Source: Vicugna vicugna | Taxonomy: Eukaryota | Direction: 5' to 3' | Length of the DNA stretch: 48,078 nt | NCBI GenBank assembly: GCA_013265495.1 | Contig: MU057781.1 | Location: 1,490,001-1,538,078, forward strand | Shown here: in pieces, positions 42,111 through 48,078 of the stretch | Numbering within the stretch: position 1 is the stretch's first letter | Layout of the letters: each line of letters starts with the position of its first letter | Made by a program: the position numbers and the translations under genes | The notes under the pieces: generated by a model | Seen by the model: the letters and a program-made list of their open reading frames with translations, nothing else | Told to the model about the DNA's origin: nothing | The model's database searches: none

Positions 42111-42845
42111 TGCGACACGATTTATAATCAGAAATATGCACCTGGTCTTCGTCCTTGATCCTGGCATGAAGCTCCTAAAACCCTGATGAGCATGATAAAG
42201 GTGTCCTTTGCTGTAGGAATGAAGGGACCCTGGGACGGTCCCTAGGGATGGGGGCCAACTGCCAGGGAACCTCCCAGGACCAGAGGGTTGGAACTGCAGC
42301 CCCACCCCCAGACCTCGGGAAGGGGAGAGGACCGCACACCAACGGCCAAAGATTTCACCAACCACGCCTCTGTAATGAAGCCTCTATAAAAATCCAAAGG
42401 TCTGAGCCTGGAGCACTTCTGGGCTGGTGAACCGAGGAGATTCAGGGAGAGTGGTGCCTGGAGAGGTAGGGGGCCCGTCCCCACATCTCTTCCACCTGGC
42501 TGTCCCGGAGTCACATCCAAAGATGGCAGTGATCTCGTGAGTGAATGTTCCTCTGAGTTCTGCGAGCAGCTGTAGGAAATCAGTCCAGCCCAGGGAGGGG
42601 TCGTGGGAGCCCCCGATCTACAGCCAGTTGGTCAGAAGCCCAGGTGACAACTTGGACTTGGGACTGGCACCTGGAGGACAGGCGGTGTTGGGGCAGTCCT
42701 GCGAGACTGAGCCGTGAACCTGAGGGATCTGACGCGTCCTCAGGCAGGTGGTGTCAGAACCCGGCTGAGCTGCAGGACACCCAGCGGGGCTGCCTGGGGA
42801 TGGGGTGGGAGCCCCCATCACATTGATCCTGGTACCAAAATCATT
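42111..42845 (+). mobile_element. MER21-like LTR, followed by an old L1 fragment (about 42860-43440)
   Basis: TGGTCTTCGTCC..TCCTGGCATGAAGCTCCTAAAACCCT..GTAATGAAGCCTCTATAAAA..CCTCTGAGTTCTGCGAGC..GGTCAGAAG..AGATGGTGTCAGAA-like motifs. Confidence 0.7.
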
Positions 42846-44334
42846 AAAGGCCCTGGTGCCAAAATGGGCAAGAGATTGAACATTCATGTCAGCAAAGAAA
42901 GTAGCTGGAAGGCACGTCCACCCACGAGGAAATGCTCAACGTCCTTGATCAACAGGGAAACAAATGAAAACTGGAGGCAACACCACCACAGTCCTGTCAG
43001 AGCAGCTCTCAGGAGCCCAGCACACGGGACGAGGAGCTGGGACGGCAGGCCTGGGGCTGGTGCGTAAACTAGCTCAGCTGCTCTGGAAACGGTTTGGGAG
43101 CTTCTCAGGAAGTTACACACACACCTGCCCTCTGACCCAGCCTGGACCCTGAGGTGTGAGCCCAGAGAAACAGACTTGTGCACGCACGTTCACAGGAAGT
43201 TTACTTGCAGTCAAAAAGAACTGGAAACAACCCCGCACCACGCACCGGTGCGCGGCTGGAACACGGTGGAGTCCTGCCCAGCAGCAGAAGCGTCCTCGAC
43301 GCACACAACACGCACGCATCCCACCGAGTCACCCCGAGGGAGAAGCCAGACAAAAGGGTGCGCTGCAGTCCATTTGGGAAGTTCTGCCAAGTGCAGGCTG
43401 ATCTGCTGTGAGGAGGCAGACCAGTGGGCGCGGGGCAGGAGGCGGCCCGCTGATGGAGGTGCTGGTTCTCCCCACCCCGTGAGACTCAGTTCAAGAACCT
43501 GCAGCCTCTCAGGCCTCCTTTAGGAAGGTCCTTTGCCTGAGCCCCGGGCATCCTCCTGTCCTTTACCCACCCCCCCACCCCCGTCTGCAGAACTGCTCAG
43601 GCTTGTGCGTATTCAGTAGGCGCTCAACCACTAGAGCGAGGGAACACAGGCCTGGGCGCCCCACGTAGCTCAAGCCTGTGCTTCAGCTCCAGGGTTCCCA
43701 GACCAGCCCTGTCACCTGCCCTCCTCCTTTGGGGATGCAGGAACAGCCCATGTCCCCTCTTCAAGGGCCACCTTAGTGTCTGCAGCCCTGGGTGCTGATG
43801 CAGAAGCCCCTGCCCCCCTCAGGGTGGCCTAGGCAGCTGAAGTACCCATCTCCAGGCCCCCGGCAGTGTGCTGCATCACCACTGCCCCCATCCAGGCCTC
43901 CAGTCCCCCAGTCCCCTTCCCAGGTCCTCTGTGGGGTCTCCCCACACGAGGGTATCTACATGTGTGAGCTCTGGTCCCAAACCCAGGGACCTGCCAAGTC
44001 AGGTGGCCCAAACCTATAGGGAGGAGGGAGGCAATACTTCCCACCTGGGGGCTCATCGTGGGCAGGGAAGGGTCTGCTCTCTGGGGACCCAGTAGCCTCC
44101 ACTGTGCTCGGCGCCAGACAGGCTGTTGTGAGTAAGGACAGAGCTGTTTAAATCTGGATTGAACGTTGGCCAGTCACTACAATTTCCATCAGTTCCACAA
44201 ATTGGGATCATTTGAGCACCGGACCCAGAGCCCCTGGCCGGACAGGGCAAGGCCGTTCATCTTGCTGCTGGATGTGCTTGCCAGTGGCACTGTTGGGCTC
44301 AGGGGCCCAGATTCCTCTCTGGGCAGGGGCGTCT

Positions 44335-47300
44335 TCAACAGGCCTGGAACAGGGCGTCGGGGGCTAGCACCCCCTTCTTGAGGATGAGGTTTCCGTAAAG
44401 GGCCGTCTCCCTGCGTAAGGAGCTGAGCTGAGCGCTAGCTGGGACAGAGAGAGCTGGGTGCCCAGACCCCTGCTCTACCAGCCACCCCACCCACTCTTAT
44501 CACCCACTGGGCAGGGCCAGGCTCACCCCTTGGGATGTCCCAATCCCTGTGGGACATCTTGTCTCAGCCAGGGCAGGGGCTGAGAGGAGGGTGGCGGGGA
44601 GCTCTTGAGGGGGAAGGGGTCGGGCCCCATGCTTGACCCAGATCCAGCTGGACCCAGTAGAACCCAGTGGACTCAGTAGGATCCAACCAGAACTCACCCA
44701 GTTGCCACAATAGCAAAAGCCTTTTTGGCTCGCTCATAGAACTCAAACCTCTCTATCTTCGCCAGGGGGCTCTGGAAGGCAAAGGGTGGCATGGTTGAGG
44801 GACCCAGGCCCCATCGGACAAGGGGGCTTCTGACCTGCAAGGACTAGGTGGGCAGGAACACAGTGGGCTGTGGTGGGTGAGGCGTTTGCCACGTTTGGTG
44901 GCTGCCTCCCTGGGGCCCTTGAATCATCTGAGGAGCTCTGGGTTGTGGGGGAGGGCTGCTGTCCAGGACGGGAGCCCCAGGTCCTCTCTCAGGAATAGCC
45001 TGCTCAAGACCTGCCAGTGGGTGGTCCCTGGACGACAAGCCCAGCCCTGTGCAGGGCTGGGGGTGACCTGCAGCACTGGGCGAGGCCTCTGACCACATAT
45101 GGGGACCAGGGGTTACTCCACTTCCCCCTGTCCCCACCGGGACAGGCTGGGGTGGGTGAGGGCCCCCAGGCAGAGACAGGTAGGTCAGGATCCTGGAAGG
45201 GAGGAAGGAGGCTGGGGGCAGAGGTGGCCGTCCCCAGGGCAGGAGCTTGCACAACCATGGTGTGGGGGTTGGGGCACCTGTCTTTCACTTCTCCTGGGCT
45301 CCAAGGAGTCACAGAATCCCCAACCCCTTTCCCAGTGGGGGCCTCAGACTCACCGCACAGCCGGCCCCTAAGAGGATGGACTGATAGGTCCTCCACACGG
45401 GGGTCTGCAGGCCCCTCTCCCTGTCGCTGGGCACCAGCTCCATGACGGCAGCCTGAAGATGGAGGGGGTCAGCTTTGCAGCCCACCCACCCCTGCCCTGG
45501 GTGCCTCCAGGACCCCCTTGTTGGGTGACAGTTCAGGGCTCCACTGATCAGGGCCTTCAGGGACACATGTCCTCCCCACCATCCAAGGCAGGTGGGCCCC
45601 CTGAGCTCTGGCAAAGGGTAAACTGAGACCCAGGGCCGCAACGCAGGCCTCACCGGTTTCTCCACGTAGGTGTCCAGTGGTAGCAGTTTCAGCATGGCTT
45701 CCAGGAGCTGAGGGATGCCCAGGCCTGAAGGCAGAGTGTTGGCCTCAGACTCCGGCCCTCTCCCTCGGGCCACCAACAGTGCCACCTGCCCACCTGCCTG
45801 TCTACTCTTTCCACACTGGATCTCACTAACTCGGACAGCAAGGATAAACTTGCGCCCAGGACAGATGAGGAGCTCAGGCATCTGCGGCCTGCCTGGTGAC
45901 ACTTATCGAGGTCATGTTGGTGTCATTGTCCCGGCCCTGCCCACCCCACTTCACTCTGTGCCACACAGGTTGTTGTTGGTGATCCCAAACACCCATCTGC
46001 CAGGAGAGGCACCTGGGCCTCCTCCTTGACCCTAGAAGGCCTTGGAGATGACCTCCCTGTGATGAGGACAGTGGGGCCCGGAAAGAGGCCCCTTTGCCCA
46101 AGGCTGCCTCCAAACCTGTCCCACTTGGCTCCAAGGTCCCCCACTCTCCCGAAAGTTGGTTTCTGATTGCTAAACTAATGCATGCTTCTTGTATAAAATT
46201 GGGAAACACAGATCTGATCAAAAGAAAGAATTGGCTGTAATCTTAACCCCGTACAGGAAATCTTCCTGCCATCTGCTGCTTTTCCCCTGCGTATCTACAA
46301 GGTGAGACTTTCCTGTGTATTCGATATGAATCCTAACCGCTTGTTTTGCGGGGTGTGTGTCACCTCCGGGGGCTGCACCATGATTTACTGAGACACCCCT
46401 TCTCTTTCAGCATCCTGGCCTTTCCACTGGCCCACCCTGTCCCACCCTCATAGGCAGGACAGCACTCGGGTCTCCTGGCCCAGGGTGTAAACTCAGGCAC
46501 AGCTGGCTCAGCTCCCTGAGCAGGGGTGGAAGCCAAGGCCTGTGGGTCAGGACCGCTCTGTCTGGGGGGTTGGGTTTACCCCACACTTTACATCTCTGTG
46601 CCTTTAGTGGCCTGAACCTTGCAAGGAGAGTTGTGTTCCTGACTCACAGCTTTGCTGGGGGTTGAGGGGAGCATCCAAGTCTTGCCTGAGCCCAGTCCCA
46701 GCCCAGGCAGGACAGGACACTGGTGCCCCTACCCCGTACCCTCTGCCACCCACAGTACCACTAACTCTGCTCCTACCATCACCTCCCAGACCTGGCTCCA
46801 GACCCCTCCCAGCCTCACCTCCCACTAGCTCCTGGGAGGTCAGAGGGTCTTAGAGATGGAGTGTGTGGACACCTGGAGCCTTCAGGACCAGGTCACCAGT
46901 GTGGGGGTTTCCATAGCAAAGGCTGAACATCTGACCTGGGGTGAGATGGCAGGGGAACCCCTGCTCAGCCAGCCAACAAGGCACAGGCCTCGGTTTCCTC
47001 ATTTGTAAGAAGTTACTAAGTGGTGTGCAAGATGGAGCAGGAGGCCCCAAGGCTCACTTTCGGGGACTGGAGGCTGCAGGGACGGTCTTGAGGGTCCTGG
47101 CACTGGGATTTCCTGGGTCACTAATGGGTGCTTGAGTAATTGGTGGGGGTGGGAGCAGAGATGCAGTTCCTGGGGAGCCCAGAGCCCACCCTCCCCAACC
47201 CATCTCAGAAGAAGGTAGCAGCTCACCGTCGGCACGGATCTCCTCTGGGCCACACCTGCAGATGGAGGAGGTGGGGAAGTTCACGTCTGCAAGAACTGAA

Positions 47301-48075
47301 CAGCCGGAGGGATTAGACATCCCAGGTGGGTCCGTGCAGCCCACCCTCCCACCGCGCGGGCAGGCGCACACCCACAGTCAGTGGCCAGACGCGTTAGGCC
47401 ACGCCCGTTGCCCCTCCCATCCCGTTAGAGTGGAGGCTGAAGGAGAGGGAGCACCAGGTGCAGGAGGAACTGCAGGTGTTACCAGAATGCTGCCCGGAGT
47501 CTCGCTCAGCGTCCGGCCAGCAGCCCCCGCCCAAGGCCCACAATCCCAGGAAAAGAGAAACCACTGCAAACGTCAGGGTACAGCCCAGGCGCAGGCGGTT
47601 GTGGCCCCTCGGGAGCCGCGTCGGGAAGGGGTTGGAGTATGAGCCGCACAGAGGGCCTGGGGTCAGAGCGTGGACTTCGCCGCTGGGGACCCGGACCCTC
47701 GGGCTGGGGGAGGAACTGGACCCGCCGGGACACAATCCCTCCCAGGCCGAGGGCCATCGTCCTCGTGATCGCCCAGCCCTCAGTTTCCTAAAGAAAGCGG
47801 GGACGGCCAAACCAGTGGCCTCACCCAGGACCCGGCTCTTCCTGGACGCCAGGAGTCCGTCGCCTCCTGGCCGGGACATCACGTGGGCCAGGACCCGTGC
47901 GGGGCCGGGGGCAGCGAGGGAACCGGGAGCCTCGCCCGACTTTTGCCCGATGCAGCGGTCTCCCCGAGCCTCTGCCTCTGCCGCGCTCACCGATCTCGTC
48001 TCCGTGCCCCATCCGCGCCAGGGCGTAGAGCAGCTCGGGGGACAGCAGCGCGGGGACGCCCTTCAGCACCACCAT
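44335..48075 (-). CDS. FUOM: Fucose mutarotase (RbsD/FucU family), 157 aa
   Basis: Exons 47991-48075 (MVVLKGVPALLSPELLYALARMGHGDEI), 47227-47295 (VLADVNFPTSSIC), 45654-45724 (LGIPQLLEAMLKLLPLDTYVE), 45354-45452, 44698-44771 (IERFEFYERAKKAFAIVATG) and 44335-44410 (ETALYGNLILKKGVL...QAC*). All GT-AG, total 474 nt. Confidence 0.97.
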
Positions 48076-48078
48076 GGT

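Noticed and set aside
48062..48078. TTCAGCACC as a REST/RE1 site
   Set aside because: It is the antisense of FUOM codons 2-5; the right half-site is absent or beyond the window.

Overview
Mammalian, GC-rich genomic DNA, most likely camelid given a Vic-1-type tRNA-derived SINE at 28170-28298. It is syntenic with the CALY-PRAP1-FUOM block (human 10q26.3, mouse distal chr7). Three known genes can be spliced by hand into intact reading frames: CALY (minus, 235 aa), PRAP1 (plus, 132 aa) and FUOM (minus, 157 aa). Between CALY and PRAP1 lies an old nuclear copy of mitochondrial DNA about 6.7 kb long (ND4-tRNA His/Ser/Leu-ND5-ND6-tRNA Glu-CYTB), broken by nested L1 and LTR insertions. The standout is an intronless ORF at about 9267-10500 that I cannot match to any named human or mouse gene. 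It encodes an N-terminal TLR-type TIR domain fused to a two-helix membrane module resembling TMEM268/DUF4481, the reverse of Toll-like receptor topology. Its most natural start codon is one base out of frame across a C7 homopolymer, so it is either an intact gene with a sequencing slip or a young frameshift allele. All family assignments come from recalled sequences, not database searches, and repeat boundaries are approximate.
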